Part shown: one piece after another, positions 26,260 through 39,393 of the stretch | Position numbering within the stretch: position 1 is the stretch's first letter | Layout of the letters: every line of letters starts with the position of its first letter | Source: Trichodelitschia bisporula | Taxonomy: Eukaryota | NCBI GenBank assembly: GCA_010356995.1 | Contig: ML996698.1 | Coordinates: 493,923 to 557,922 of the forward strand | Direction: 5' to 3' | Length of the DNA stretch: 64,000 nucleotides | Made by a program: the position numbers and the translations under genes | The notes under the pieces: generated by a model | Told to the model about the DNA's origin: nothing | The model's input: only the letters and a program-made list of their open reading frames with translations | Databases searched by the model: none

Positions 26260-27517
26260 TCACTGGTGTTCGGAAAGCTGGTGACCCTCCGCTTGCAGCC
26301 GATGGAAATACGTCTTGAGGGTCTCATAGGTGAGCATCGTTGTCATGGCCGCCGGCACCGCGCGGACCATGTTCGTACCCATCCCGGCGTAGAAAGCACG
26401 CCAGCCCTCTTCTGCAAGAATGGCACGAACCGTCCGTACCATGCCTCGATAGCGGGGGAGATTGATCATGCCGTCCGACGAAGAAGTACCAGCCCCTCGA
26501 GGCATGTGACTGGAGCCCAAGGAGCCACGGAAGGAAACATCTTCATGTGAGCCACTCGGAGGAAAGCGCTGTTGCGTCTGAAGCCGAGTGCGCAGCACCT
26601 CGTGGGGATACGTGGCCGATGTGGCACACATTTTGGACAGAAATGTAGCCGCAAGTATGGCGGCCTTATGGTTTTCCTGGTCCGATTCGGATGTGTTTTC
26701 GCCCATTCCGACTCCGGTAAACTTCTGCTTGAAATATTCGTACAGCGGGAACTGAATGGCGACATGTGACAGTCCAAGAAGCGCGGGCGAGAGACCAGAG
26801 TAAAAGGCCCGAATTCCTTCTGCCCTGTACATCTTACGCGCCGCGTCCCATGTCGAGCGATAGAACCAGGGTGGCCGAGCCTCATCCGGTGCTGACAAGC
26901 TCACTTGTGACATTAACCGCGTTTTGATCACCCAGATGGGATTCGTGACCAGTGTCGAACATCCTCCGGCTGTTACCGAGGCGTAAACGCGAGCAACCCA
27001 CTTGTTCTCTGCTTCTGTTAATATGATTCGTACGAGATAGCAGAAACGAACCTATGTGCGATTGATAATACTCCTTCGAGGCATCATACACGCTCATGTA
27101 CACAGCCCACGTCGGGAGATACCCCAACAGCATCGGGCTCAGGCCGCGATACATACCACGTATGCCGTCCTGACGCCAAATCACCTGAGCCGTGCCTATC
27201 AAACCATTGTACAGCGCCGCACTCGAGTGATGTGGATTGCGGCGAAAGGATGTCTGGCCTTGCAGACGGGTCTTGATGACATCGAGAGGACATGTCACAA
27301 TTCCAGAAGCGACGCCGGCTGCAGCACCACATATGCTGTTGATGCTGGAGTTAGGGAGCCGCGTGCTCCATACCGCGAGTCCGGACAGTGGCCCGGTAAG
27401 CGGGGCTGGCACGTGGCTGTGGGGATGCGTGCTCTGGCCTCCAATGCGCGTCGGCGAGCTGTTGTCTGGCGACACGAGTTCGGTGTCTTTGCTTGATATT
27501 GTGGAGGGGTCCTCCAT
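26260..27517 (-). CDS. Mitochondrial carrier, NAD+ transporter-like (Ndt1/Yia6 group), 2 exons
   Basis: Three carrier signatures PLDVIKTRLQ, PIWVIKTRLM and PHEVLRTRLQ. W in the second signature is typical of NAD+/FAD/folate carriers. Intron ~27052-27010. Confidence 0.9.
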
Positions 27518-28260
27518 TGTGAATCGGTCGCCGATATGGCGGAAGGCATACGCTCACGGAAGTGGTGGAGGGGTTGTGAACAAGGATGCCGGTGTGCGGG
27601 GTTTTGCGGGCAAAAGGCGTGCTGGCTTGGTGAATCTGCTGTAGTCACGACCGTGTGAAGCTTTAATGTGCGCGGAAGGCCCCCGCAGGCCGCAGCACTC
27701 TGGTCAAATTCGTCCTAGCGATTTAGCGGCTCCATTGACGACGGAAGAGAGCGGGGCAGTCTTTTGCGTGATTCGGAGAGCGTTGGCGGGAAGGCGAGAG
27801 GTTGGGACAGGTGTTACACTGGGCGGTTACTAGAGGAGGGACAGCAGGTGTGACGAACTGCGTACAAGAGACGGGATGAAAGGAAGTTGGTAGAGGGATA
27901 CGAAGGTCGTTAGGAAGAAGAATGAACTGGGAAGGTTGATCAGAGAGCTTGGCTTGGGGCTTGTAGAGTGGAGCGGGGAGAACTGGCCGGGGGCATCAAT
28001 GGCTGTTTGACGTCGATGCCTTAATAAACGATCTTCAGGCCTAAGGCGCCATTAACATCATTGCTGCCTGAGGCAGCTAAAACGTCTATTCCTTAATGCC
28101 CCAGGTATCCTTTTAAGGCTTGTCCCGACGGCGCCCGAATCGCCAATCGAATCTGCTGACTAACCTCCGCCAACCGACGCAGAACTGCACCACCAAACCC
28201 GCATCTCGAACGACCAGCAAGCTCAATAGCTCCACCCCACCGTGCTCCCAGTCACCAGCC

Positions 28261-28785
28261 ATGTCTCAACCCTCGCTCACCAACTTTATCGTCAAGCGGC
28301 CGTGGCTCAAGGCCTGGATGCGCCCATTGGCCGGCTGGTACGCCGACCTTTCCGGTTACCGGAAGCTGGGTCTGCGGTATGCGACAACACCGTCTGGAGT
28401 CAATTGAACACTGCTGATGAGGATGCTGTAGGGCCGATGACCTGCTCCACGAGGAAAACGAGACTGTCGGTCTTGCCCTCAAGCGCCTGTCGCCCAAGGA
28501 GTCCTACGACAGAGTGTTCCGCATGCGGAGGGCGTTCCAGGTTCGCGACTCAGAAATGGTATCAACGAATGCCGGCTAACGGTCTGCAGCTCTCCTTGTC
28601 CCATCAGCTGCTCCCCCCGCATGAGCAGACTAAACCCTCCGAGGTAGGAACCTATCCGTTGTATGTGCTTGTCCTTGTGCTAACACGCTCAGGATATCCC
28701 ATACCTGTCGCCCATCATCAGGGAGATCGAGGCTGAAATCAACGAGCGGGAAAACCTTGATTCACTGGTTATTCAGAAGAAGTAG
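28261..28785 (+). CDS. QCR7: Cytochrome b-c1 complex subunit 7, 4 exons
   Basis: SGYRKLGLR / ADDLLHEENETVGLALKRLSPKESYDRVFRMRRAFQ / LSLSHQLLP..TKPSE / DIPYLSPIIREIEAE..ERENLD. Confidence 0.96.
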
Positions 28786-29101
28786 ATTAGGGACTCCGGA
28801 GTTGAATTTTGGCGTGAGCGAGGCTCGTGTACAAGTCACAAAATTCAAGCAATGACACGCGAATAGACTGTAAATTATCTGGTGGAGGCGTCTCGTGCTT
28901 CCTGCTCGGTCCTGTGCTGTCACAGTTGCGATCTTCAATCACCATCTCTTGTTCATATAAACTTGCAACAATTACGGGAATGGAGCGTGTGAATATGGAG
29001 ATTGACTGATGAACTAGGGGTTTATCAAACCAACCTCCGGCACTCGATAGTATCAGCAACCGCCATTCAACTCAGCCAGCCACCACTTCGCGGAAGGGTC
29101 C

Positions 29102-30244
29102 CTATATTTCATCCCACTCCACCTCCACATTCTCCGACCAGTCATCCACTCCGCCGCCAACATTTTCAATGTGAAATACAAGGCTCATGCCCAACGCCCT
29201 CATAAAGTCCATGGACGTGGGGCGGGGAACCTCGCCGTAGTATGATATCTTTGGGGCCTGGAGAGCGCACGACGGGGTTCGGGCAAAGATTTCCACGAGG
29301 GATACGCGTTTGTTTCCGTACTGTGGCTTATGGCTGAGCAATATCCTTGCGACGCACTTTCCCTGAGCCGTCCCAAGGAGCGCTTTTCCACCCTCCTTGT
29401 CCGTTGGGAACCGCAATGGGCTCTCCCATGAAGCCACCCAATGTGTCAGGTCATAAATAATATGAAGTGTCGCTTCATTGTCGATTTGGCCAAAGATGAC
29501 GCGCTGGGGTGCGACAACGCGGTCACCCGGGTTGAAGTTGAAAGCCTCGTACGCACAGTGAAGGAAAAATTGGTCCGAGAACTCGCACAGCGCCAACTGG
29601 TGTCCTCCGCAATATATCTCCTCCAGGGTCACTATGTTAGGGTGGATGACGGTGAGTTGGTTTTTACCATCAAGGACGTAGAAAAAAAAGCCTGCGGCAT
29701 GAGTTGCCTGTCATGACCCAAGTTAGCATATGAGGGTAGACATGGGAACCGGATAAATCGGATTGGCGCGAGTTAAAATGATTGACAAACTTGCCAGTCC
29801 TTCGCCTCCCCAAAAATTATTCGCATGCTCAATCTTCGCATATAGAACCCTCAATGGGTTCTTCATCCCCAGTGCTTGAACGAGCCGCTTCCAGTGCTGC
29901 CTCTCCGGCTTCGGGAATAGGACTCTAGATGATCGCCACCCCTACTTGTGCAGGTCTCCCGGATCGATGAGTTTGCTTGGCGGATAGATTTCGTCGAAGA
30001 GGTCCAGGTCAATATAGAGACCAGGGTGGCTCTTCTCCATCAGAGCTAGCAGCCTGATGCCATCGCTGGTACACTGGCGCAAATCACCGACTAACTCTGG
30101 CAGGCGTGGCCAATTGTTGCTGGAGGAAACATTAGGGACCTCGACGCTGGAGGAGACATTGGAGTCCTCGACGCTGGAGGAGACATTGGGGTCTTCGACA
30201 CTGGGTAGGATGAGGTTAAGCACACTGAAGATGGCATTGGTCAT
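29102..30244 (-). pseudogene. Uncharacterised fungal protein gene with one in-frame TAG (29944-29942) and a GC-AG intron (29794-29708)
   Basis: The frame continues 49 codons past the TAG (DLHK*GWRSSRVLFP..ALG), then GCAAGT..GCTAAC..CAG joins it in phase to ORF 29102-29632 (FSD..IDNEAT..GKALLGTAQG..LLSHK..GNKRV). The start codon is uncertain. Confidence 0.6.
30119..30199. repeat. 3 x 27-bp in-frame tandem repeat (VEDPNVSSS / VEDSNVSSS / VEVPNVSSS on the minus strand)
   Basis: Unit gctggaggagacattggagtcctcgac, three copies with few substitutions. Confidence 0.9.
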
Positions 30245-31129
30245 CAATTTGGCGAACGAGGTGCGGCTCAAGCGTAGGATCGTCACGCGGGGGTAGGCCG
30301 ATGATATACAGGAAGGTTCGAAGAACGAAAATTTCTGCTGCTATTTTTCCTAGTTGCTTGCGTAGGCCTGTTCAGAGTAATACCGAAGTTGATGGTATCA
30401 GTAGCTGTGCTTGGTATGGTGACCAACACAATATTGAAAGACTTGAAGACGATGGAAAACAAAGCATGGGAATGAGGAATGATATAACAACCATCCATTT
30501 CAAGTAGGCAGGTGTGATTAGAAGGCAATGTTCTGAACCTGGTTCTGAGAATTGGAAGGTCCACGTTGGCGACCGACGATGGGTTACTTCCGGATTTTGG
30601 TAGCCGATATGGAGATGATGAGCTGCTTCTCGCCCCGGCATTCAGGAAGGTAGCATCATATGAAGAGACTGTTCATCGTGATTGTCTGCCGTTGTAATTC
30701 GTCATCATAAAAATGCGCTCAAAGGACATCTGAGCCGAATCTCCACGACAAGATGCCGTCGATCTCCATAGAATTGTAATAGACTGACCTAGCAAGAAGT
30801 CAATACACAGCAGACGATGCATTCAGAAACTTAGCATTCTGTCGTTTGGCCCTTTGCAGACCTGAACTGGCCAGTACCAGATGGTTAAGTTAGTAGGATG
30901 CCAAGTGTAGTTGATCAAGGTTATGTCATCCCCAGGCCAAACCAAGCAATACTCATCACGGGATCACGTATTCCCTCGACACCCCCACGTCAGACGGAAC
31001 CTTACACGCGTCTGCTGCCTATCCAACGAGGAGCGTCTGATGTGAAAAGCAGGATTTATTCAGTCTGTACCATACTCTGCGTCGAAATCACGACACTGCC
31101 CAATTTCACCAGTACTTCCTCTGGCGACA

Positions 31130-32474
31130 ATGGCAACAAGACGCACGACACGCTCGCAGACGAAGGCCGCGGCTGACGACGTCAGCGCCCACGTAGCCCC
31201 AGTCGCACCCGTAAGTACCAACGTAGCGTCGAAACGCGTCGTGACAGACTCACAGCTTACTCTAGAAGCCGAAGGCAAAGCGGGCGGCGAGCAAGGCCAC
31301 CAACTCTGCTGCGAATGGCGGTAATGCAACGAAGAAGCCCAGGAAAGAGAAAGATGGGGCTGCCGTTACCGAGGCTGTGGAGTCCAAGTTTAAAACTCCT
31401 GAAGTTCCCAAGACGCCCGTAAAGGGCGGGAAAGCCGCGCCTACTGTAGCGTTGAAGACACCTCCGCCTGTTGAAAATAACTTCATAACGTCAACAGCGA
31501 AGTTGAAGGCCAGAGCACCGGCGTCTGCGCGTAGAGTAGATCCGCATAGCACCAATGCTTTACTGTCGACGCCCAGGGGTTCGCGTCTTACGACATATCC
31601 TACTGAGCTCTTCGAGGAGACCTCGAAACTGTCTACGGGGACGGTAACTACAACCGAGAATCTACTCGAGGTTGCGTGTGCACACCTGATAAACGTTGAC
31701 CCAAGGCTGAAGCCATTGGTCGAGAAGTATCACTGCGAAATGTTTAGCCCCGAGGGACTAGCAGAAGAAGTTGATCCTTTTGTTGCTCTTTGTAGCAGCA
31801 TCATGTCGCAACAGGTGCGCTTTCAGCTATCCTAGATGACCGTCGCTGACCAACTAGGTCTCCGGAGCTGCTGCGTCGTCGATCAAGAAACGCTTCATTG
31901 AGCTGTTTCCCACCAACGACCACGGTTTTCCCACTCCAGTCGAAGTGGCGGCTACAAGCGTTGAGAAGCTGCGCACAGCTGGTCTCTCTCAGCGTAAGGC
32001 TGAATACATTCAGGGCCTAGCTGAGAAGTTTACTTCCGGCGAGCTGAGCGCGCGCATGCTCATCGAAGCGAGTGATGAGGAAATTATCGAGAAGCTGACG
32101 GCCGTGAGGGGACTCGGACGATGGAGCGTAGAGATGTTTTCGTGCTTTGCGCTCAAGCGCATGGATATCTTCTCCACGGGAGACCTTGGCGTGCAGTATG
32201 TTGTGTACCCGCCGGCTGTACAAAGCTAAACATCAGTAGGCGAGGTCTCGGAGCGTATCTCGGTAGGGATGTGAATAAGCTGAAGGGTAAAGGCGGGAAG
32301 TGGAAGTATGCCACCGAAGAAGAGATGCTCACGCATTCAGCCAAGTTCGCACCCTACCGGTAGGGTGCAACAGCAACTTTCCTGGACTGAAGCTGACTTG
32401 CAAGTAGCTCCCTGTTCATGTGGTATATGTGGAGGATTGAAGACGTCAAAATCGATGCGCTCCAGGGCACTTGA
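31130..32474 (+). CDS. MAG1: DNA-3-methyladenine glycosylase (HhH-GPD family), 5 exons
   Basis: DPFVALCSSIMSQQ / VSGAAASSI, LRTAGLSQRKAEYI, HhH motif LTAVRGLGRWSVEMF, DIFSTGDLGVQ / RG, FAPYR / SLFMWYMWR. A perfect MCB (ACGCGT) lies at 31006-31011. Confidence 0.93.
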
Positions 32475-35400
32475 CGGTATCGGCGTTCGTCAACATAAGA
32501 TCGCTGCGGGGTTTGAAACGAGCCTGTGACACAGATTAGGAGGATTCCATTACCTGATGTTGAGCTGTTTATAGTTTCTCTTGTCTTGCGGGTTGCGGAA
32601 TTGCGTGCAAATGGCCATTGACAAAAGCTCGATTTTGCAGAAACGGATATCTGTGCAATTGGGGTCGGGGTACGGTATCCTGCAGTTAGTGCTTTTGTCG
32701 CTTCCGGCGGCAGTCTGCGCGCAGGGCGGCATCCAGTATGCGGCTCGTCGCTGTAGTACGCAGGTTACAGGATGTCGGTTACACCAACACAAGCTGCTGC
32801 TCCGTACACCGCACTCGAAACCAGGTGGAGAACTGTCGTGCCCCCTTCCAGAGCGGTTAGGAGAAAATCCATATTTTTGTTGTGGAGTCCACATCGCTTC
32901 AGCGGGTATCTGGAGCGATATCCCCACGGTTGATCGGAACGGCGCTCGCCGCGTTTCAACCCTCCGCTCGGGTGGCTCATGATATTGCATGTGGCAAGGA
33001 GCGAAATTGCACTTCCGAAGAGCTGCCTGGCAGGGTTTCGTCATGTGATAGTCGATGGGCGCGCAACGAACGTGGCAGGGTTGCAGGAGAACAATATACA
33101 GCGCAATATGATCAATTTTGGCTTCGAGTGCAGGAAAGACGACCACCCTTTCACAGTCAACGATGACCAGCGAGGATAATGGCTGATAGTTGAATGGGAG
33201 ATGACTCCGGGGAGAGGGAAGGTAGTTTATTGTTCATGTCGTCTGATGCAACGTGCCAGAAGAACAGCGACAGAGCTACGTGCCTTCCTATTCCGAAAAG
33301 CGTTTAGCAGGAGGTGTCCGGCCCGTCCGGCAAATTGGGGCTAGCGCCTCCGCGCCGGGGGTTTAGAGGTCAACTGCGTCATCGTGAAAAATTATAAAGG
33401 ATGAAGGAAAGGGCAGGGCAGGACGGGTGCCGTGGATTATACGAAATAGTTGTGATCCAGGTTACGTGAATTGAGTTCGTCGATCCTAGTAGGCTCGCCG
33501 CGGTTCGTAAAATCCGCGTCAGGAATGCTCTCCGCGATAACCGCAAATGACGGCCAGACGTAAAGCGAGGCGGCCCGTTGGCGTGTGGCGCGGGGCGGGC
33601 GAGACGAACGCGCTTCGGCAGATGCGCCGCACTTGGCATCGACGCGTGGGGCGGCATCACAGGCAGGCGCCGCCTCCTTGACAGGCCGATGATTGCCCCG
33701 ATGAGCAAGCTCACTCTCCACTATCTATGGTGGGCGTTCAGAAATGGCATGGCAAGCGATAGCCAGCAACGGCGTGGGACCGGGCGTGTCAGGCGGTAAG
33801 AGGGGAGCTTCAGCGATGTCTTGTTTCCCTTTTTGCGGGGATGGATACACTGTCACGGGCGGAAGAAAGGGTGCAATACCGCTTCAAGTTCTAGCGACTC
33901 GACAACTTTGGAGGAAGAACAAGCAGGCTCAGCGATCGTACGCGGGGATTGAGCGATAGTCACGGTTTGCGCGGATCCGGCCTGGGAAGGAGACATGCAG
34001 GCCCAGCATGCAAGGCATGGGGTGGCTGCGCGGGCTCAACGCCAAAAACGCCTTTCCGAGGATCTTGCACTAGGGGGTTGGCGGAGAGATATGGAGCCCA
34101 GAGGAGCCAGGATACTTTTCAATGTACTATATTAGAGAGCGGAAGGGAGATGGAGTGGGTCCGTCTAGTTTTGCGTGATGATTTATGAATCCCGGGGCTT
34201 TATTGAGCGCGATAACATCAGATGCCGCCGACGAGCGATTCTTTGTATGGAGGTAGATGTCTGCAGAGTTGCAGCGGTGCTGGACATCTTTCACAAGCGA
34301 CTTTGTGGCTGCCGGGGACGGATGAGGGGGTGAAATGTAGGATTTCCGGATCCCCCATCAACCTGACGCGGCCCGTCAATTGCTGACTGCGGCGTGTCGC
34401 GCGATGCAGCGGGGCAAGTTGCATTGGGATTGTGATGGACAGGAGGAGGGGAATAAGGGCGACTGGATGAGCGGGCAATAGACGTCAAACTGCGCAGTGT
34501 TTGAACTTATTGATGCCAATGACTTTCTGTGAGCCGGGCAAGCTTGTGGAATGGGGAAGGCCGTTGAAGCAACTCGGTATGGTGGGATGGGGGATTGATG
34601 AAGTTCGTTTGATTCGCCGTTGGTCAAGAGTTCAGCGTCGTGTGTCGAGCTTCCGTCAGCTCTGTGCGATTCCTTGAATCTTGCCTTGACATGTGTGGAG
34701 TATTCTTCTGCACCTTAACATTGGAAGCGGCAAGCTAAGGCGAGTTGGCAGGATGCCGGTCCAGGTTCGGCCTCATGTTTTTGTTTGCGGGGGGGCGTTT
34801 TCTTTCAGGGCTGGTGTGGCATTGTGTGGCGAATGGTGCCTGTAACCTTGACGGTCTCCAAATTCCATCGGGTTGGCCGGCGCGGCCAGGGTGGGGCGGT
34901 TTGGCTGGTTTGGCTTGAAGTGGCTTGCTTAATGCCTGTCTCAATGGTAAATTTGGTTGGCCGATGCGTGAAGTGGAGCTTTGTGGTTGACCCTCCTTAA
35001 GGTTTAGCTCGTGGCCCGAACCCCTCGCTCCCTCTCTCCTTCAAGCAGATCAGGCACTCTCCTTTTTCGCGTCTTCCCCCATCAAACTGCTTGATTCTCT
35101 CTCTTGCTTCTCTCACTCTTACGCTGCTTTTGGCTTGAATTTAATACGTAGTAGAACTGGTACGTTACTACGTCGGCTGTCCGTCGTTTCTCATCTCTGC
35201 TTTTCCTCCTTAGCGAGCCTAACAACCACCACCACCCCCTTCCCCTTCTCCACCCTACCGTCCCCCCTACTGTACCCGGCCAAACACGCCTTTCTTCCTC
35301 CCTAGCTTCGTCAAAAAGGCTAGTGCCGAGCCTCCGCCCAGTCCTGTTTCCTCACCCAATCGTCCACTCAATTGACCACTTCCCACTGCCCAGAAGCCCT

Positions 35401-35775
35401 CTTCCAACCCCCCTCCCCCCCCCAAACCAAAAAGCCTGCCCTCTCGTCTCTCTCCAACCTTCCGTTCTTTTCAGCCACGCCTTCCAAAACACTTCCTGCG
35501 GCAGACGACAGTATCGGTGCCCGGATCTTCTGCTTGCCCGTATTTCTTGACTTTCGTTTCTTGTCCTTCGTTCCAACTACATCATCTTAGCATCAACAAA
35601 CAACATCATCCCCAACTCCCCTTCCACCTGCATCTGCGCGCTCTAATTCATACTCCGCGTCGCAAGCAGCTCACTCGCCCCCAAAAGGTAATGCCCAAAC
35701 ACCGCGTCCGGTTTGCATCACTTGGCGGCTAACCCTCCTTTCCTCGACAGCTCATCCTTCTTTCACGCGACCGTC

Positions 35776-37059
35776 ATGTCGATGCTGAAGTTCGTGGCTA
35801 CGGCCCTCGCGACCGCCGCGAGCGTGAACGGTGAGTCTCTTTCGATGCCATTGGCCTTCTTTCATCTCTGACCCTCGTTCAATAGCTGCCTGCAGCGCGT
35901 CTGCCACCCTCACAGTCCAGAATGCTGGTGATGCCTCCGCTATCTCCAGCTGCTCGACCTACTCGGGTAGCATCGCCATTGCCACCGGTACGAGCGACCC
36001 CATCAACTTCCCTAGCGTGAAGAAGATTACGGGCGACCTGACCATCTCGAACGCTCCGAACCTGACGTCGGTGGGCGCGGACAGCCTGCAGGAGATTGGT
36101 GGCGCCTTCGAGGTCAATAATGATCAGATCCTCAACACGCTCAACTTCCCGCAGCTCACCGCGGCTGGCACCATCAACTTCCAGGCGCTGCCGAATCTTC
36201 CGCTCCTCGGCTTCTCGTCGAACGTGGCGAAGACGCGGTCGCTCAACATTCAGAACACCTTCCTGAACACGCTCGACGGGATCAACCTGCAGCAGGTGGA
36301 TGACATCTACATTGCCAACAACCGCCTGCTACAGGACATCAGCTTCCAAGTGTCGACGATCAAGCAGAGCCTTATCCTGGAGAGCAACGGTGACCGTCTG
36401 TCGGCTAGCTTCCCCAACCTGATCTCGGCGTCAAACCTGACGTTCCGCAACTGCCCCAGCGTCTCCATTCCTTCGCTGCACAACGTGACCGGATCGCTGG
36501 GCTTCTACGAGAACACATTTGAAAGCCTCGCTGCGCCTAACCTGACGACCATCGGGGGCACTCTTGCCGTCAACACCAACGACAACCTGAAGAACATCAC
36601 GTTCCCTGTCCTCAAGACGATTGGTGGTGGTTTCCAGGTCCAAAACAACACGCAGTTGAAGGATGGGACTTTCAGCAGTGTCGAGTCCATCGGTGGTGCT
36701 CTGGACTTCTACGGCGCCTTCTCTACGTAAGTCACATGACTGATAACTTGGCTAAACTAACCGTTTTCAGCGTGAGCTTGCCGGCCCTCAAGGACTGCCG
36801 CGGCGCCTTCAACCTGCAGAGCACCGACGACGTCACCGACTCTTGCAACGTCTTCGGCAAGGAGAAGGGCCCCAACAACGTTATCAAGGGCAAGTACCAG
36901 TGCGCAGGCAAGCTTGCCAAGGCTGGTAACGCTGGCACCACGCCCACGAACAGCGGCGCCTCGTCCACCAAGTCCGGTGACGCTGGCAACCTCCGGATTC
37001 CCGCCTCGGCCGCCGCCGGTCTCACCGGTGTTCTCGCCGCCATCTTCGGAATGTTGTAA
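35776..37059 (+). CDS. ECM33: GPI-anchored cell wall protein of the Ecm33/Pst1 family, 3 coding exons
   Basis: Signal peptide MSMLKFVATALATAASVN / A, receptor-L-like repeats (LNFPQLT, FPNL, SIPSL..VTGSLGF, FPVLKTIGGGFQVQNNT, IGGALDFYG), LPALKDCRGAFNLQST, and a hydrophobic GPI signal. Confidence 0.93.
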
Positions 37060-39393
37060 ATACGATCCGTGGGGAGGGGTACCGGCGTTTCTTCTAACAC
37101 CACGGCTTGCATAGACTTAATTGAGAAAACGACATTCTCGTGATACCTCTGGGGCCAGCTGGATTCGAGCGGAGGGGTTTGGTTCAGCAGTGACTGCGAG
37201 TGTTATCGGTTAGCGTGTCGTGCTCACGTTTGTTTTTTTATCCTGGCATCTTTTGCGAATGGGGAGCTGTGAAGGGCGGTTGAAGGATGGGCGATATTGT
37301 GACTTAATACCCGGCACTGACTGGGTGCTGGGGGAAGGTGTAGCGGGCTCTTGGGAACGAGAGGTTAATAGTTACTCCTAACCCCCCCGGTTCTTTGACG
37401 TTTTGTGGCATATGGTTTTGACGTCTTCTGTGTAAATGGTTACGTTGTGAGCACATTTGGCTGGATGGATAGTTTGGTACTTCCTAATGTCTTTGGCTTG
37501 TGCTGCTGTCTCTTCGTGGGTTTCGATCTGTGATTTTCATCCCCTCATGTTAACCTATCTCTTCCTGGTTCTGATCTGCGGCACTGATGATTATCAGGGC
37601 CTGGCATGGGACCGCCTCGAGTACCGGTTCATCTCGCCATCTCTTACCTTGGTCACCTCCACCCTGACCTACCTTACCATTCGCTTTCGTCCGTGTTGCA
37701 TCGAGGATTTCGAGCACTTGACCCTTGCACTCGATCCTTCCAGCTGAGCCGAGTGAACGGTTCCGCCAGCCTCGACAGCGGATCCCTGCAGCTGAGCAAG
37801 CGCTTGATGCGACAGATGGACTCGCTCTGCGAATCGCGAATTGCGGGACTTGTGTAACTCGAGCGTGCATCGCATCGTTGAAATATGGGATGGCTTGGAG
37901 AAGCTCTGGGCAGGAAGCCTTGCAAGGGTTGCATCAAACCCGCCTGTACGCCAGGTGGGGTGGCTGACGGGGAACCTCGCCTAAAGGAACGGACAGTAGG
38001 GGACGTGGAAGCGGAGTCGATTCCGGGGACTAGCCTGTTGTAAACGACGTTTTGCAGCCATGTCTACCACAGTACGATATGCATCAAGGATGGCCTGGAT
38101 GGGCCCATACAGTCGGTTGAAGGATCGTAGAGGAGCAAGAAGCAAAACCTACTCCCGCAACTCCACACGACGTCATGACGCCAAGATACTTCAACCCTAA
38201 ACCATGCCCCCCCCCCAGTCAGTTGCTGCTTCCCCCCAGCATGAGGCGCCAGACCGCATCGAGATACGGAGCCGCCCTCATCATCAATGACATGCTTCTA
38301 CTTTGCATCTCCATCCCCGAACCCACACCGCTGGCCGACCAACCACAACGCACTCTCCACTAACCCTCTCCCCACTCATTGTGTCCACCCCCATTGTTAA
38401 ACCCACTGATGGCTAACAGAGTTCCAGCCACAGGCGAAACGCAGCGCAGTCGTCAGAAAACACCTAAGCAGACAGGTGTACAGAACGGCAACGCCCACGA
38501 TTATGCAGGTAGCCGTAAGAGAGATGAAGAGCGTGCCGCCTGGAGGCAAACCGGACATGCTGCATGGCCTTTGGCGCACCCATCGTACTAGAAGATGCGC
38601 CTTGCGCGCGCCATCTCCGGTCGATCGCCAGTTGCCAGATCTCCGCGTCCCGTGTTTTGCGATGCTCGTGAAGTCCAGCCCCTCACGATCGAAATTACCC
38701 CGATAGACGCGGATGCACTCGCCTTCGGGGCCGCAGAGGCCGACCGCTACCGCTCTGCTTAACCGTTACTTGCACCACCACAGCGGCGTGTAGCTGTATT
38801 CAAGCAGGGAAGCTTTCTCGCCAATCCCGCCAACCTCTCCCCCGCTTTCCTCCCTTTCCTCTTGATGGAGAGGAGGAGCTGGTGTGTCCGAAATGCACGC
38901 CTTTGAGGCCGGGGGGGGGCTTGAAGGCGCGGCTCTCTGTCCTGCTTCCCCGAAGGGAATTGAACCAACTGTCTCAAATCACTTTCTGCAAGGGAGCCGC
39001 GGGTGGCCAACCAAATGTGGTGCTGGTGCATTGCTTGCGCGACCGCCGTGCTCGTTGCTTGTCGTCTCCCTAGCGGCCGTCTCGGGGTCTGGACGACGCG
39101 GTAGCATTGTAGCGCTAGATGCAGTTCTCCCTCCTCTCCTTCGCCCCCCTCCAGCCGCTTCTGGACGGCGGGGTTTGCCTCGAGAGTCTGGCAGATTTCT
39201 TAAGTGGGGCGTCTTGCGTCCGTTGCACTTTGTCTCTGGCATTCTATTGAGCTCATTGAATTTTGGAGTAGGCGGCTTCTGTGACTTTTCATATTGCTTT
39301 ACCATTCCTTGACTTGCCGGCCAAACCCATCCCTTGGGTGTCTCCTTTGTCTCTGTCTTAATTGTTTAATCATTGCCCCATATACTCTCCACC

